Positions 8,725 through 19,105 of a stretch of DNA of 64,000 nucleotides are shown one piece after another; the stretch's first letter is position 1, and the number at the start of each line of letters is the position of its first letter. Under the pieces are notes generated by a model. That model was given only the letters and a program-made list of their open reading frames with translations, did no database searches and was not told where the DNA came from. A program made the position numbers and the translations under genes. Origin of the DNA: Methanomassiliicoccales archaeon (GTDB taxonomy: Archaea > Thermoplasmatota > Thermoplasmata > Methanomassiliicoccales > UBA472); contig JAPKYK010000005.1 of assembly GCA_026394395.1 (NCBI GenBank), forward strand, positions 65,500 to 129,499, read 5' to 3'.

Positions 8725-10584
8725 ATGGACAAGGCCACGGAGAAGCTGTACCGTTCCAAGCTCCTCAGCGCCGAGGAGGCGGTGCTGAAGATCGGCCCCG
8801 GAAGGACGGTGTTCCTGGGGACGGCCTGCGGGGAACCGCAAGCCTTAGTGAAAGCGCTCATGGAGAAGTCCTACGCCATGATCGACAGCGAGATCATCCA
8901 GACGCTCTCCTTGGGGCTGACGCTCTACACCGAGGAGAAGTTCATGGACCAGTTCCGCCTCAACGCCTTCTTCATCGGCCCCAATGTGCGCAACGCGGTC
9001 AACGAGGGGAAGGCGGACTACACGCCGGTGAACCTGTCGGACATCGAAATGTTGTTCGCCAGCGGCCTCAAGCCGGTGGACGTGGCACTCATCCAAGTGG
9101 CTCCCCCGGACCAGGACGGCTACTGTAACCTGGGCGTGTCCGTGGACATCACCAAGTCCGCGGCCATGCACGCCGACGTGGTGATAGCGGAGGTCAACCC
9201 GCACATGCCCCACCTGGGCGGGGATAGCCGCATACATCTAAAGGAGATAGACTACCTGGTGGAGAACGATGGCCCGCTGATGGAGTTCATCGGGGAGACC
9301 GAGGTCTCCAGGGTAGCTCCCCGCATAGGCATGAACGTGGCCGAGCTGATCCCGGACGGAGCGACCATCCAGGTGGGCTACGGCACCATCCCTGACGCCA
9401 TATTGGCGTATCTAAGGAACAAGAAGGACCTGGGGGTCCACACCGAGATGTTCTCGGACGGCATCATCGACCTGGTGCAGAAGGGCGTCATCACCGGCAA
9501 GAAGAAGACGCTGCACCCCGGGAAGGTGGTGGCCTCGTTCTGCATGGGCACCAAGCGCCTCTACGACTTCATCGACGGCAACGAGATGTTCGAGATGTAC
9601 CCGTCGTCGTACACCAACGATCCCTGCATCATCTCCCGCAATGACGACATGATGGCCATCAACTCCGCGCTGGAGATCGACCTCACCGGACAGGTGTGCA
9701 CCGACCAGATCGGCCACCTCTTCTTCTCCGGCATCGGCGGGCAGGCCGACTTCATGCGCGGCGCCGCCCGTTCCAAGGGAGGCAAGGCCATCATCGCCCT
9801 GCCGTCCACCGCGCAGCACCACACCATATCGCGCATCGTCCCCACGCTCACCACCGGGGGCGGGGTCACCACCACCAGGGGCGACGTGCAGTTCGTGGTC
9901 ACCGAGTACGGGGTGGCCGACCTGCGGGGCAAGAGCATAATGGACCGGGCCTTGGCCCTCATCGGCATCTCCCACCCCCGCTTCCGCGGTGAGCTGCTCA
10001 TGCACGCCAAATCGCTCCATTACGTCTACCAGGACCAGCTGGACGCCGGCTACGTGGGCGTATATCCGGAGCAGTACGAGCAGGTCAAGCTAGTGGCCGA
10101 CAACGAGCTGTACATACGGCCGGCCAAGCCTACCGACGAGGGCATGCTCAAGGACATGTTCTACTCATTGACCCAGGCCTCGGTGTATAACCGGTTCATG
10201 GGGCTGAAGCGCAGCATGCCCCACCGCGAGCTACAGCGCATCGTCAACATCGATTACGACACGCGCATGACCGTGTGCAGCTTCGACAACGACGAGGGAG
10301 TGTGGTCCATGGTGGCCTTCGCCATGTACGACCTGGACAAGAAGAGCAACACTGCCGAGATATCCTTCGCCGTGAGGGACAGCTGGCAGAACCGGCGCAT
10401 CGGCACGCTGCTCATGAGCATAATGATCGACATCGCCCGCGAGCGCAAGATTAAGGCCTTCACCGCCGAACTGTTGTCGGAGAACATGCGCATGCTAGAC
10501 CTCTTCTACCGCACCGGGCTCAAGGTGGAGACCAGGCTGGTCGAGGACACTTATCTGGTCACGATCGACCTATGGTCAAAGTGA
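8725..10584 (+). CDS. acetyl-CoA hydrolase/transferase-family domain fused to a Pat-type GNAT acetyltransferase domain
   Basis: The first ~440 aa resemble 4-hydroxybutyrate CoA-transferase / acetyl-CoA hydrolase (GTACGEPQALVKAL, TEMFSDGIIDL, SGIGGQADF). The C-terminal ~160 aa match the Pat GNAT pattern (YIRPAKPTDEGMLKDMFYSLTQASVYNRFMG...NIDYDTRM...AEISFAVRDSWQNRRIGTLLM). Confidence 0.85.
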   Translation: MDKATEKLYRSKLLSAEEAVLKIGPGRTVFLGTACGEPQALVKALMEKSYAMIDSEIIQTLSLGLTLYTEEKFMDQFRLNAFFIGPNVRNAVNEGKADYTPVNLSDIEMLFASGLKPVDVALIQVAPPDQDGYCNLGVSVDITKSAAMHADVVIAEVNPHMPHLGGDSRIHLKEIDYLVENDGPLMEFIGETEVSRVAPRIGMNVAELIPDGATIQVGYGTIPDAILAYLRNKKDLGVHTEMFSDGIIDLVQKGVITGKKKTLHPGKVVASFCMGTKRLYDFIDGNEMFEMYPSSYTNDPCIISRNDDMMAINSALEIDLTGQVCTDQIGHLFFSGIGGQADFMRGAARSKGGKAIIALPSTAQHHTISRIVPTLTTGGGVTTTRGDVQFVVTEYGVADLRGKSIMDRALALIGISHPRFRGELLMHAKSLHYVYQDQLDAGYVGVYPEQYEQVKLVADNELYIRPAKPTDEGMLKDMFYSLTQASVYNRFMGLKRSMPHRELQRIVNIDYDTRMTVCSFDNDEGVWSMVAFAMYDLDKKSNTAEISFAVRDSWQNRRIGTLLMSIMIDIARERKIKAFTAELLSENMRMLDLFYRTGLKVETRLVEDTYLVTIDLWSK

Positions 10585-11316
10585 GCCGCAGTCCGGGCAG
10601 CTGGGGTCCCTGACGAACTGCACCTCGCTGACCTGGTTGCCCTGCAGGTCGAAGAATAGCCCCCGTCCGTCCGGAGGGTCGCCCATTCCAACGATCAGCT
10701 TGATGACCTCCATGGCCTGCAGGGAACCTATCACCCCGGCGGCCGCCCCCAGCACCGGGACCGGTTTGTACCTCGGGGTCAGCTTGGGGAAGGCGCAGCG
10801 CAGGCAGGGACCTCCCGGCACGATGGTGAGCACATGCCCTCCGGCGCCCTCCACCGCCCCGTGCACCAAGGGGACCCGGCGGAACAGGCAATGCTTGTTG
10901 AGCACGTAGCGGGCCTTGGAGTTGTCCAGGCAGTCCACGACCACGTCGGCGTTCTCCAGGACGTAAACGTTGTCCTCCTCCAGCCTCAGGGGCAACGCCT
11001 CTATCATAACCTCTGAGTTCAGGGCCTTCAGCTTCATCCGCGCCGACTCCACCTTGTAGCGGGAAAGTCCGGCGTCCTCCTCGTAGTGCAATATCTGGCG
11101 GTTGAGGTTGGACCCCTCGACCTTCTGGTCGTCGATGAGGATGAGCTTTCCCACCCCCGCCGCCGCTAAATATTGACATACTGGGGACCCCAGTCCGCCG
11201 ATGCCCACCACGGCCACGGACGAGCCGGCCAAGGCGTCCTGGGCCTTCTGTCCGAAACCCTCCATGGAAATCTGACGCGCGTAGCGGTCCCTCATGAGAT
11301 CGCCAGTCAATGACAT
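10576..11316 (-). CDS. ThiF/MoeB/UbaA-family E1-like adenylyltransferase
   Basis: RYARQISMEGFGQKAQDAL, the nucleotide loop VVGIGGLGSPVCQYLAAAGVG, LNRQ, and two CxxC pairs (CLRC, CPDC). The ORF extends to 11442; ATGs at 11346, 11325 and 11316 are all possible starts. Confidence 0.8.
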   Translation of the reverse strand: MSLTGDLMRDRYARQISMEGFGQKAQDALAGSSVAVVGIGGLGSPVCQYLAAAGVGKLILIDDQKVEGSNLNRQILHYEEDAGLSRYKVESARMKLKALNSEVMIEALPLRLEEDNVYVLENADVVVDCLDNSKARYVLNKHCLFRRVPLVHGAVEGAGGHVLTIVPGGPCLRCAFPKLTPRYKPVPVLGAAAGVIGSLQAMEVIKLIVGMGDPPDGRGLFFDLQGNQVSEVQFVRDPSCPDCGSL

Positions 11317-11416
11317 TGAACGCATATAACAGGTTTCCCCGGGCATCGTCGCTCCGCGAACCCATTCTCGTGAAATGTATAATAGAAGGCTGACGATTAA
11401 TGTCCGGGGGAAGACC

Positions 11417-12337
11417 ATGGCGGAAACGGTCATCGAGGTCAATCAGCTAGTGAAGAAGTACGGGGATCTCACGGCGGTCAATGGGATCGACCTGGAGGTG
11501 AAGGCCGGCGAGGTCTACTCCATCCTGGGCCCCAACGGCGCTGGGAAGACCACCTCGGTGGAGATCATGGAGTGCCTGAGGATCAAGACCTCGGGCCAGG
11601 TGCGCATCCTCGGGCACGACATCGACAAGCAACAGAAAGAGATACGCAAATGCATCGGGGTGCTGCCGCAGTCCTTCAACGCCTTCGACTACCTCACGGT
11701 CAAAGAGAACATCGATTACTTCGGCGACCTATTCGACAAGCGGCTAGACGCGGAGGGGCTCATCGAGGCCGTACAATTGCAGGACAAGCGGGACGTCTGG
11801 TTCCTCAACCTGTCCGGCGGTCTGAAACAGAGGGTGGGGGTGGCCATATCCATGGTCAACGACCCCGAGCTGATATTCCTGGACGAACCCACCACCGGCC
11901 TGGACCCTAAGGCCCGTAGGGAGGTGTGGGAAGTGATCCGTAAGCTCAAGTCTCAGAACAAGACGGTCATCCTCACCACCCACTACATGGAGGAGGCCGA
12001 GGTGCTCTCGGACCGAGTGGCCATCATGAACGACGGCAACTTCATAGCCATGGGCACGCCGCGGCAGATAATCGACCAGTACGGCGCGGGGAGCACCTGC
12101 GTGGTCAGATCGGCCAACGAGGCCGCCAAGGAGGCTGTGAAGGTGGCGGGCATGGCCTCGGAGGCCAAGAACGGTGACCTGTGGGTCAAGCTGGACAACA
12201 AGGGCAGCCTGGCCAAGCTAGTAGGTCTGCTCTCCTCCGCCGAGGTCACCTACGACGAGATACTGATCAAGGGGAGCACTCTCGAGGACGTCTTCCTCAA
12301 GCTCACCGGACGCAAGCTGGTGGAGGTGGAGCAATGA
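11417..12337 (+). CDS. ABC transporter ATP-binding protein (ABC-2/DrrA-like)
   Basis: Walker A GPNGAGKTT, signature LSGGLKQR and Walker B LIFLDEPTTGLD. I prefer the start MAETVIEV at 11417 over 11375. Confidence 0.85.
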   Translation: MAETVIEVNQLVKKYGDLTAVNGIDLEVKAGEVYSILGPNGAGKTTSVEIMECLRIKTSGQVRILGHDIDKQQKEIRKCIGVLPQSFNAFDYLTVKENIDYFGDLFDKRLDAEGLIEAVQLQDKRDVWFLNLSGGLKQRVGVAISMVNDPELIFLDEPTTGLDPKARREVWEVIRKLKSQNKTVILTTHYMEEAEVLSDRVAIMNDGNFIAMGTPRQIIDQYGAGSTCVVRSANEAAKEAVKVAGMASEAKNGDLWVKLDNKGSLAKLVGLLSSAEVTYDEILIKGSTLEDVFLKLTGRKLVEVEQ

Positions 12338-13425
12338 AGTTCAAGCACGTCCTGGTGGACCTCAGGGCCCAGTCCAAGGCCTTCTTCCGTATCAAGAGCA
12401 ACATGTTCTGGGTGTTCGCCTTTCCCCTCCTTCTTATCATAATCTTCGGGGCGATATTTTCCAACCTGGGGTCGGAGCCAGTGAGGCTATACGTGCAGAA
12501 CCTGGACGAAGGGCCAGGTTCGGCCATGCTCCTGGACGGCCTGAACCATACCGGGATGGTGGAGCTGAAGTTCATCGATCCCTCGGCGGACCTGGAGCAG
12601 TACATCAAAGACAATTCCCTGGCTTTTGTCATGGTGATACCGGCCAATTACTCCGCCAATCTCAGCACCAACACTACGGCCACGGTGGAGCTGCGGATGG
12701 ACGAAACGGTTTCCACCTCTGGTACGGTGTTCAACACCGTCACCGCGGTGGTCGATGCCACCAACATACAGATGTCCGGAGGGCACGAGTACATCACCGT
12801 CGAGGTGAAGAACATCGTCCAGAAGAGGTTCACCTACCTGGACTTCTTCGTTCCTGGCGTAATAGGTCTGACGGTCATGACCACCTGCATCTTCAGCATG
12901 CAGGGCACCATCTCCCGCTTCCGCGCCGCGGGCATATTCCGCAAGCTGGCGACGACCCCGATGACGCCGTTCGAATGGCTGCTCTCGCGTATGATCTGGT
13001 ACCTGTTCATCTCCTTCCTCACCTTGGCGGTCATCATGGTCTTCGGCATCCTGCTGTTCGGGATGAGCATGACCCTGAACCTCGCCGCCCTACTGCTGGT
13101 CGTGGCCGGCAGCGCCATGTTCTCGGCCCTGGGCATGATCATCGCCCGCTTCGTCAAGAACGAGGAGACGGCCAGCGTCGCCGCTAACGCCATCACCTTC
13201 CCCATGATGTTCCTGTCCGGCACCTTCTTCCAGATGGAGATGATGCCCGACTATATGCAGACCATCGCCTCGGTGCTCCCCCTCACCTACCTGAGCCAAG
13301 GTCTCCGGGACGCCATGGCCTACGACAATCTGAACGGGGCCTACTGGAACCTGCTGGTGGTCGGAGTGATCGCCATCGTGTTCGTGGTAGTGGCAGTGCT
13401 GATAACCAAATGGGAGGAGGACTGA
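12334..13425 (+). CDS. ABC-2 type transporter permease
   Basis: MKFKHVLVDLRAQSKAFFRIKSNMFWVFAFPLL..., then a large extracytoplasmic loop and six C-terminal TM segments. The ATG overlaps the stop of the ATPase gene (ATGA). Confidence 0.85.
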   Translation: MKFKHVLVDLRAQSKAFFRIKSNMFWVFAFPLLLIIIFGAIFSNLGSEPVRLYVQNLDEGPGSAMLLDGLNHTGMVELKFIDPSADLEQYIKDNSLAFVMVIPANYSANLSTNTTATVELRMDETVSTSGTVFNTVTAVVDATNIQMSGGHEYITVEVKNIVQKRFTYLDFFVPGVIGLTVMTTCIFSMQGTISRFRAAGIFRKLATTPMTPFEWLLSRMIWYLFISFLTLAVIMVFGILLFGMSMTLNLAALLLVVAGSAMFSALGMIIARFVKNEETASVAANAITFPMMFLSGTFFQMEMMPDYMQTIASVLPLTYLSQGLRDAMAYDNLNGAYWNLLVVGVIAIVFVVVAVLITKWEED

Positions 13426-13479
13426 AGGCTGGCATCAGCACAGGATTAAATATCCCAGTACGTCTTTCCAGTCGATCAC

Positions 13480-14973
13480 GTGCTAGGAAGAAGGTCCTTC
13501 ATACTGTTCATTTCGAAGATGCTCACCGCAGCCCTGGCCTACGTTGGGCTATACTTCATGACCAGGTACCTGGGGACCGAGGTCTATGGTACAGTGATCT
13601 GGACCATGGCCTTCGTGGCCACGTTCAATGCCGTGGCCGATCTGGGGTTCGGCAGCGCCCATATCAAGCGTATGTCCGAGGGGAACGACCCCGACGAATG
13701 CATCAGCACCTACGCGGTCATCAAATTGGTCTTGACCGGTATCATGGTGCTGCTCACTCTATCCTCGGTGTTCGTATGGACCTCGTTAATGGGGAGAACG
13801 CTGGAGGATACCAGCATCGATCTCATCCTGCTCTTCATCCTTTACCAGGTCCTCTACGACCTATCATCCATAGCCACCAACACGTTCCAGGCCAAGATGG
13901 AGATGGCCAAGATGCCCCTGGTGACCTTGATCGACCCTCTGGTCAGGGTGCCTCTGGTCATCTTCGTGTCCCTCAACTACATGGGGGTTATGGAGCTCGC
14001 CTACACCTATGTCATCGCCGCCCTGGCCGTGGTCCTGATGGCCATTTATTTGCTTTTCCGTGACAAAGTGAAATGGAAACGGCCGGTGCTTCTCCGATCC
14101 TACTACAAATTCGCCCTTCCCCTTTTGGTCGTAACGATAATCAGCGCAGGAAGCGCCAATCTGGACAAGTTGCTGATCGGCTTTTTCTGGACATCCACCG
14201 ATGTAGGGCTTTACTCTGCACCAGCGGTATTCCTGGGGGTGTTCGCTACCATCAGTACAGCGGTATCCACGCTCACCTTCCCCTCCTTCTCCAAGCTTCA
14301 TTCAGAAGGAAACCTAGCGGAGATAAGGTCGATGTCCAAGCAGGCGGAGCGGTACATCATGATGATCGGGCTGCCCATAACAATTCTCATTATAATGTTC
14401 CCCGCCGAGGTCTGCCTGGTCCTGCTCGGTCCCCTTTTTAAAGATTCTGGTAAGGTCATCGGAATTTTGGCGGTGAGCAACCTGCTGATAATGGTCAACG
14501 CAGTGCATAGTTCTCAAATCGTGGCCGTGGGCCGCCCCGACATTTCCGCTCGTATAAGTATATTCACCGTCGTTATGAACGTAAGTCTATTATTGTTGTT
14601 CATACCCGGCGGCTTTGGTTTAGGCCTGAACTATGTAGGGGCGGCACTGGCCCTCATGATGGGGAACATTGCGAGTTTCATCATCATTCGCTACGTGGTC
14701 TGGAGGCTGACCGGTACTTCCACGAACGTCCGCCTATCATTGCAGCTCTTGGCCGGAGCTGCCACGGGGGCGCTTTTGTACGCCATGGGGATGTTCATGA
14801 GCATAAGCAGTTGGTACATATTGGTGATATTCGGCCTAGCCGCTTTCGGGATCTATCTGGTAGTGCTCGCCGTCCTGAAGGAATTCACGCGGGAAGACGT
14901 TAATTACTTCTTGGAACTGATCAATCTGAAGAAAATGTTCTCTTACATAAGTGAGGAGCTGAGAGGCAAATAA
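13480..14973 (+). CDS. oligosaccharide/polysaccharide flippase (MOP/Wzx family)
   Basis: 497 aa, polytopic with ~12-14 TM segments. The N-terminus ...FISKMLTAALAYVGLYFMTRYLGTEVYG... is typical of Wzx-like flippases. Confidence 0.75.
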   Translation: MLGRRSFILFISKMLTAALAYVGLYFMTRYLGTEVYGTVIWTMAFVATFNAVADLGFGSAHIKRMSEGNDPDECISTYAVIKLVLTGIMVLLTLSSVFVWTSLMGRTLEDTSIDLILLFILYQVLYDLSSIATNTFQAKMEMAKMPLVTLIDPLVRVPLVIFVSLNYMGVMELAYTYVIAALAVVLMAIYLLFRDKVKWKRPVLLRSYYKFALPLLVVTIISAGSANLDKLLIGFFWTSTDVGLYSAPAVFLGVFATISTAVSTLTFPSFSKLHSEGNLAEIRSMSKQAERYIMMIGLPITILIIMFPAEVCLVLLGPLFKDSGKVIGILAVSNLLIMVNAVHSSQIVAVGRPDISARISIFTVVMNVSLLLLFIPGGFGLGLNYVGAALALMMGNIASFIIIRYVVWRLTGTSTNVRLSLQLLAGAATGALLYAMGMFMSISSWYILVIFGLAAFGIYLVVLAVLKEFTREDVNYFLELINLKKMFSYISEELRGK

Positions 14974-14993
14974 GATGAGCATATTGATAAAAT

Positions 14994-15029
14994 GAAAAAA
15001 GGGAAAGGACGGCCGCACGGCCGTTTTTT
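14994..15029. terminator. bidirectional hairpin terminator between flippase and acs
   Basis: The stem-loop ACGGCC-GCAC-GGCCGT (15009-15024) is flanked by an A-run on the left and a T-run on the right. It therefore reads as hairpin plus oligo-U on both strands. Confidence 0.55.
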
Positions 15030-15037
15030 AATAGCCC

Positions 15038-17020
15038 TTACTTCTTAGAAAGGTCCCGGCTGCCCTGGATGAGGATTTCGAGTATGCTCGGGTCCGCCAG
15101 GGTCGATGTGTCCCCCAATCCCTCGGCGCTGCCGGTGGCCACCTTGCGTAGGATGCGACGCATGATCTTGCCACTGCGGGTCTTGGGCATCCCGGGGCAG
15201 AACTGTATGACCTCCGGGGTGGCGATGGGACCGACCTCGCGGCGCACGTGCGCTATCAGCTCCTTGCGCAGCTGGTCGTTCTCCTCCACCCCGTTCTTCA
15301 GGGTTACGAAGGCGTATATGGCTTCCCCTTTGATGCTGTGCGGCACGGGCACGATGGCCGCCTCGGCCACGGAGTGGTGCGAGACCAGCGCCGATTCGAC
15401 CTCCGCCGCCCCGATGCGGTGGCCGGAGACCTTGATGACATCGTCCACCCGGCCCATGATCCAGTAATAGCCCTCCTCGTCCTTTCGCGCCGAGTCCCCA
15501 GTGAAGTACTTGCCCGGGAACCGGGTCCAGTAGATCTCCTTGAAGCGGTCGTGCTGGCCCCAGACGGTGCGCATGATGGAAGGCCAAGGTTTGTTTATGG
15601 TAAGGTACCCGCCCTCGTTCACCCCGGCCTGGGTGCCATCGTCCTTAACCACTTCCGGCACCACTCCGAAGAAGGGCAGGGTGGCCGAACCGGGCTTGGT
15701 GGTTATGGCCCCCGGCAGCGGGGTGATCAGTATGGAGCCGGTCTCGGTCTGCCACCAGGTGTCCATGATGGGGCACTTCTCGTTCCCCACGTACTTGTAG
15801 TACCACATCCAGGCCTCCGGGTTGATCGGCTCTCCTACGGAACCGAGGACGCGCAGGGAGGACAGGTCCCTTCCCTGCGGCCACTTCTCGCCCTCCCTCA
15901 TCAGGGAGCGGATGGCCGTGGGGGCGGTGTAGAATATGTTCACCTTGAACTTCTCCACGATGTTCCAGAAGCGGTCCGCATGCGGATAGGTCGGGATGCC
16001 CTCGAACATGAGCGTCGTCGCTCCAGCGCATAACGGCCCATCGACGATGTAGCTGTGCCCGGTGATCCAACCGATGTCCGCGGTGCACCAGTAGGTATCG
16101 TCCTCATGGTAGTCGAAGATGTACTTGAAGGAGACCGAGGTCCCCAGCAGGTATCCGGCGGTGGTGTGGACGACACCTTTCGGCTTTCCGGTGGAGCCGG
16201 AAGTGTAAAGGATGAACAGCGGGTCCTCGGCGTCGCACCAGACGGGTTCGCAGATGCGGTCGGCCTTGGCCATCTCCTCGTGCCACCATACGTCCCGGCC
16301 GGGCTCCATGGGGCACTCCGTGCCGGCGCGCTTGACCACGATGACCTTCTCGATGGACGTCCCCTTCTCCAAAGTTATGTCCACGTTGGTCTTCAGGGGC
16401 ACGAACTTGCTGCCGCGGTGGTTGCCGTCGGCGGTGATCAGTATCTTGGAATCGCAGTCGGCGATGCGGTCCTTGAGCGATTCGGAGCTGAAACCTCCGA
16501 AGACGATGCTATGGACCGCCCCTATCCTGGTGCAGGCCAGCATGGCTATGGCCAGCTCAGGGATCATGGGCATGTACATGGACACGCGGTCCCCCTTCTG
16601 GACCCCGTGGGACTTCAGCACGTTGGCGAAGCGGCAGACCTCGGTGTGCAGCTGCTGGTAGGTGTACGTCTTGACGTCATCCTCGCCCTCGCCCTGCCAG
16701 ATGATGGCCGCCTTGTTCTTGCGACCGTTCTCCAGGTGGCGGTCCAGGCAGTTATAGGAAACGTTCAGCTTTCCGCCCTCGAACCACTTGATCACGGTGT
16801 TGTCCACATCCCAGCTGTGCACCCGGTTCCACTTGGAGAACCAATGAAGTTCCTCGGTGGCCATCTTGGCCCAGAACTTCTCGGGGTCCTCGACGGACTC
16901 CTTATACATCTTCTGGTATTGTTCAAGGCTCTTTATATGGGCCTTCTCGCTGAACTCCTTGGCCGGTGGGAACCGTCGCACCTCATCCATTACGCTCTCG
17001 ATGGTCTTTCCGTCACTCAT
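15038..17020 (-). CDS. acs: acetyl-CoA synthetase (AMP-forming)
   Basis: 660 aa with full-length Acs signatures: [52 protein letters not shown], and the C-terminal [15 protein letters not shown] carrying the acetylatable Lys. Confidence 0.95.
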   Translation of the reverse strand: MSDGKTIESVMDEVRRFPPAKEFSEKAHIKSLEQYQKMYKESVEDPEKFWAKMATEELHWFSKWNRVHSWDVDNTVIKWFEGGKLNVSYNCLDRHLENGRKNKAAIIWQGEGEDDVKTYTYQQLHTEVCRFANVLKSHGVQKGDRVSMYMPMIPELAIAMLACTRIGAVHSIVFGGFSSESLKDRIADCDSKILITADGNHRGSKFVPLKTNVDITLEKGTSIEKVIVVKRAGTECPMEPGRDVWWHEEMAKADRICEPVWCDAEDPLFILYTSGSTGKPKGVVHTTAGYLLGTSVSFKYIFDYHEDDTYWCTADIGWITGHSYIVDGPLCAGATTLMFEGIPTYPHADRFWNIVEKFKVNIFYTAPTAIRSLMREGEKWPQGRDLSSLRVLGSVGEPINPEAWMWYYKYVGNEKCPIMDTWWQTETGSILITPLPGAITTKPGSATLPFFGVVPEVVKDDGTQAGVNEGGYLTINKPWPSIMRTVWGQHDRFKEIYWTRFPGKYFTGDSARKDEEGYYWIMGRVDDVIKVSGHRIGAAEVESALVSHHSVAEAAIVPVPHSIKGEAIYAFVTLKNGVEENDQLRKELIAHVRREVGPIATPEVIQFCPGMPKTRSGKIMRRILRKVATGSAEGLGDTSTLADPSILEILIQGSRDLSKK

Positions 17021-17264
17021 CTTCCGCTTCCTCCTCTGGGCGGACGTCCGCCGGAACTAGGCCTATCGCCGGGTCCATGTCCGTGGCATGGGTAATAAGG
17101 ATTACGGAAAACGAATAGCATGAGCGGAATTAATTATATTTTTCTGACAGGTCTTACTGGTATTGTCGATGTTCCTGCAGCATTCGATTCCGATGCGGCA
17201 AATAGAATTCTCTACAGGAATCAAAAATGAAAAAAAGCTAAGAAAAAAAGTACGGCCGACACGC

Positions 17265-17630
17265 TCAGGCGTGGCCTTCCTTCATGATGATACCGGGCTC
17301 CATGTTCAGGCAGTCATCGGTGCTACTGCCGTCCTCCATCTCGATGCGGGCGCGGATGCGGTTCTTCTCGAAGGTTATGTTGGCGTTGCGGACCATGGAC
17401 TTGTACATGCTCATGCGCTTTCCGGACTGGGTCAGGCGCCTTTCGCAACAGCAGATCAGCCCGGCATCCTCCAGCACCCGGATCTTCCGGTAACAGGCGG
17501 CGATAGGGATGCCCAGGGCGTCGCTCAGTTCGAAAGCGCTCTTGGAGCGGCCCATAGTGGCCATCAAGATCTTGGCGGTGTATTCCTCGGTGAGCAATCG
17601 TGACGTCTGCAGTACTTGCATTGTACACAC
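17265..17630 (-). CDS. winged-helix DNA-binding protein with GLIxCC motif (paralogue of 2772..3245)
   Basis: FELSDALGIPIAACYRKIRVLEDAGLICCCERRLTQSGKRMSMYKS. It is divergent from the AT-rich 17640-18020 region and adjacent to acs. Confidence 0.6.
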   Translation of the reverse strand: MCTMQVLQTSRLLTEEYTAKILMATMGRSKSAFELSDALGIPIAACYRKIRVLEDAGLICCCERRLTQSGKRMSMYKSMVRNANITFEKNRIRARIEMEDGSSTDDCLNMEPGIIMKEGHA

Positions 17631-17913
17631 CTGTGCACAACAGCGATGACCGGGATATATAATCGAAATCTTTTGAGAATCACTTTTGATTTTTGATAAT
17701 ATGATGCGTTCAGTATTACATTTTGAACTGATACTTACCCGGTCGTTTATCTTAAGGGGTAATCAAATCTTTCCGGTCTCTGAAGGATAGCACAATTGCA
17801 TGCATCGTGTTATTAAGAGGATACCTTCTGTTAATTTATTCTACGCGCAAGATAAGATTAAATATGCATCTATCCAATGAGTGGTCGTGGGTTGGACTCA
17901 TAGGAGGTCAACT

Positions 17914-17973
17914 ATGTCCTGCGGCAAGTGCGGAAAGGGTGAGAAGAAGAAGGATGACAAGAAGAAGAAGTAA
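17914..17973 (+). CDS. tiny ORF (19 aa) MSCGKCGKGEKKKDDKKKK
   Basis: My translation. A strong SD (TAGGAGGT) lies 5-6 nt upstream of the ATG, and the ORF sits in an otherwise empty AT-rich intergenic region. Confidence 0.25.
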   Translation: MSCGKCGKGEKKKDDKKKK

Positions 17974-18026
17974 GCTTCCTCTTGTCCTTTCAATTCAAAC
18001 CTTTTTCTTATTCTAATCTTGAAATA

Positions 18027-18902
18027 TCATTCGCTCCGGGCAAGGAGCAAGATGGCGGTGAATATCATCAGCGCCCCGGCGATGACATAACCGTCCATGT
18101 TCTCACCGAGCACAAGCCAGCTCAGGAACACGGCGAAGGCCGATTCCACCATGAGCACCGTGGCCGAGGTCACCACGCTGATATGCCTCAAAGCCCCGGT
18201 CCAGAGGATCGTCGGTATGGTGGTGCACACCGCCCCGATGAAGAGAACGGCCGGGATGGCCGAACGGTCGAGCCCGCCCTCCAGCGGGACCAGCACCGAC
18301 AGTAAAAAAAGCGTCAATGGTAAAAGCAGATGCATGCCGAGGGCCCACTGGTCTGAACGGAGCTTTCTCAGGGCGAACCGAGAAAACACGACCGTGACCC
18401 CGATGCCCGCGGCCGCCAGCAGCATCAACAGGTTGCCGACCATTTGGGACCCATGGAAGACCGATAGGTTCCAGCGGGTGGTCAAGGTGACCAGGCCCAG
18501 CAGGGCGATGGCGACACCCAGCAGCCTGCGGTGGCTCATCCTTTCCCGGAACGCTATCCAGCTGAAGAAGGCCACGAAGATGACGTTGCTGCCAATTATC
18601 AGCCCAGCCGCCGAGGCGGCGGTCATGGTCAACCCTACATATGAAAGTCCGACCACCCAAGTGTTGATTAGCGACCCCGCCCAGAATTCCCAGTGCCGGA
18701 ACATGTCCTTGGTGAACGTCCCCCTCCACAGCATGATGGCGATGACCAGTGCCGAGCCCACCGCCGCCGTGGCTGCCCCGAGCAGGAAAGGATTGGTCTC
18801 GCCCACGGCCAACTTGACCGCCACGTAGGACGTGCCAAGCATAAAGCTGGACAGCAAGGTGCTGAGAACGGCGGCGGTCTTCGGCGAGGTGTTGGCGCTC
18901 AT
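18027..18902 (-). CDS. EamA/DMT-family transporter
   Basis: 291 aa with 10 TM segments arranged as two EamA-like halves. Confidence 0.8.
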   Translation of the reverse strand: MSANTSPKTAAVLSTLLSSFMLGTSYVAVKLAVGETNPFLLGAATAAVGSALVIAIMLWRGTFTKDMFRHWEFWAGSLINTWVVGLSYVGLTMTAASAAGLIIGSNVIFVAFFSWIAFRERMSHRRLLGVAIALLGLVTLTTRWNLSVFHGSQMVGNLLMLLAAAGIGVTVVFSRFALRKLRSDQWALGMHLLLPLTLFLLSVLVPLEGGLDRSAIPAVLFIGAVCTTIPTILWTGALRHISVVTSATVLMVESAFAVFLSWLVLGENMDGYVIAGALMIFTAILLLARSE

Positions 18903-19105
18903 GATGTATCCCAGTGATAGAACCGACAGCCATTGGTGAACGGTTCATCGAACATCAACCTTATGGAGGAGGCGGCGAAAATGGGGATCGTCGTTCAGGA
19001 GGGCTACCGTCCAACGGTACGTGCGTAATCGATCTCTCATGCGGTTCCCCGGGGCTGCGGTGAAAATCATTATGTGCTCAATAAATGTTAAACCATTACG
19101 TTCAG

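Noticed and set aside
16055-17095. 346-aa ORF antisense to acs. Similar long antisense or alternate-frame ORFs occur at 10559-11365, 21166-22191, 33413-34696, 37548-38408, 51560-52447, 55332-56309 and 62240-63016.
   Set aside because: Each lies wholly inside a confidently identified gene on the other strand or frame. Their translations are Arg/Gly/Pro/His/Ala-rich with no recognisable motifs. This is the usual open-frame artefact of ~60% GC coding DNA.
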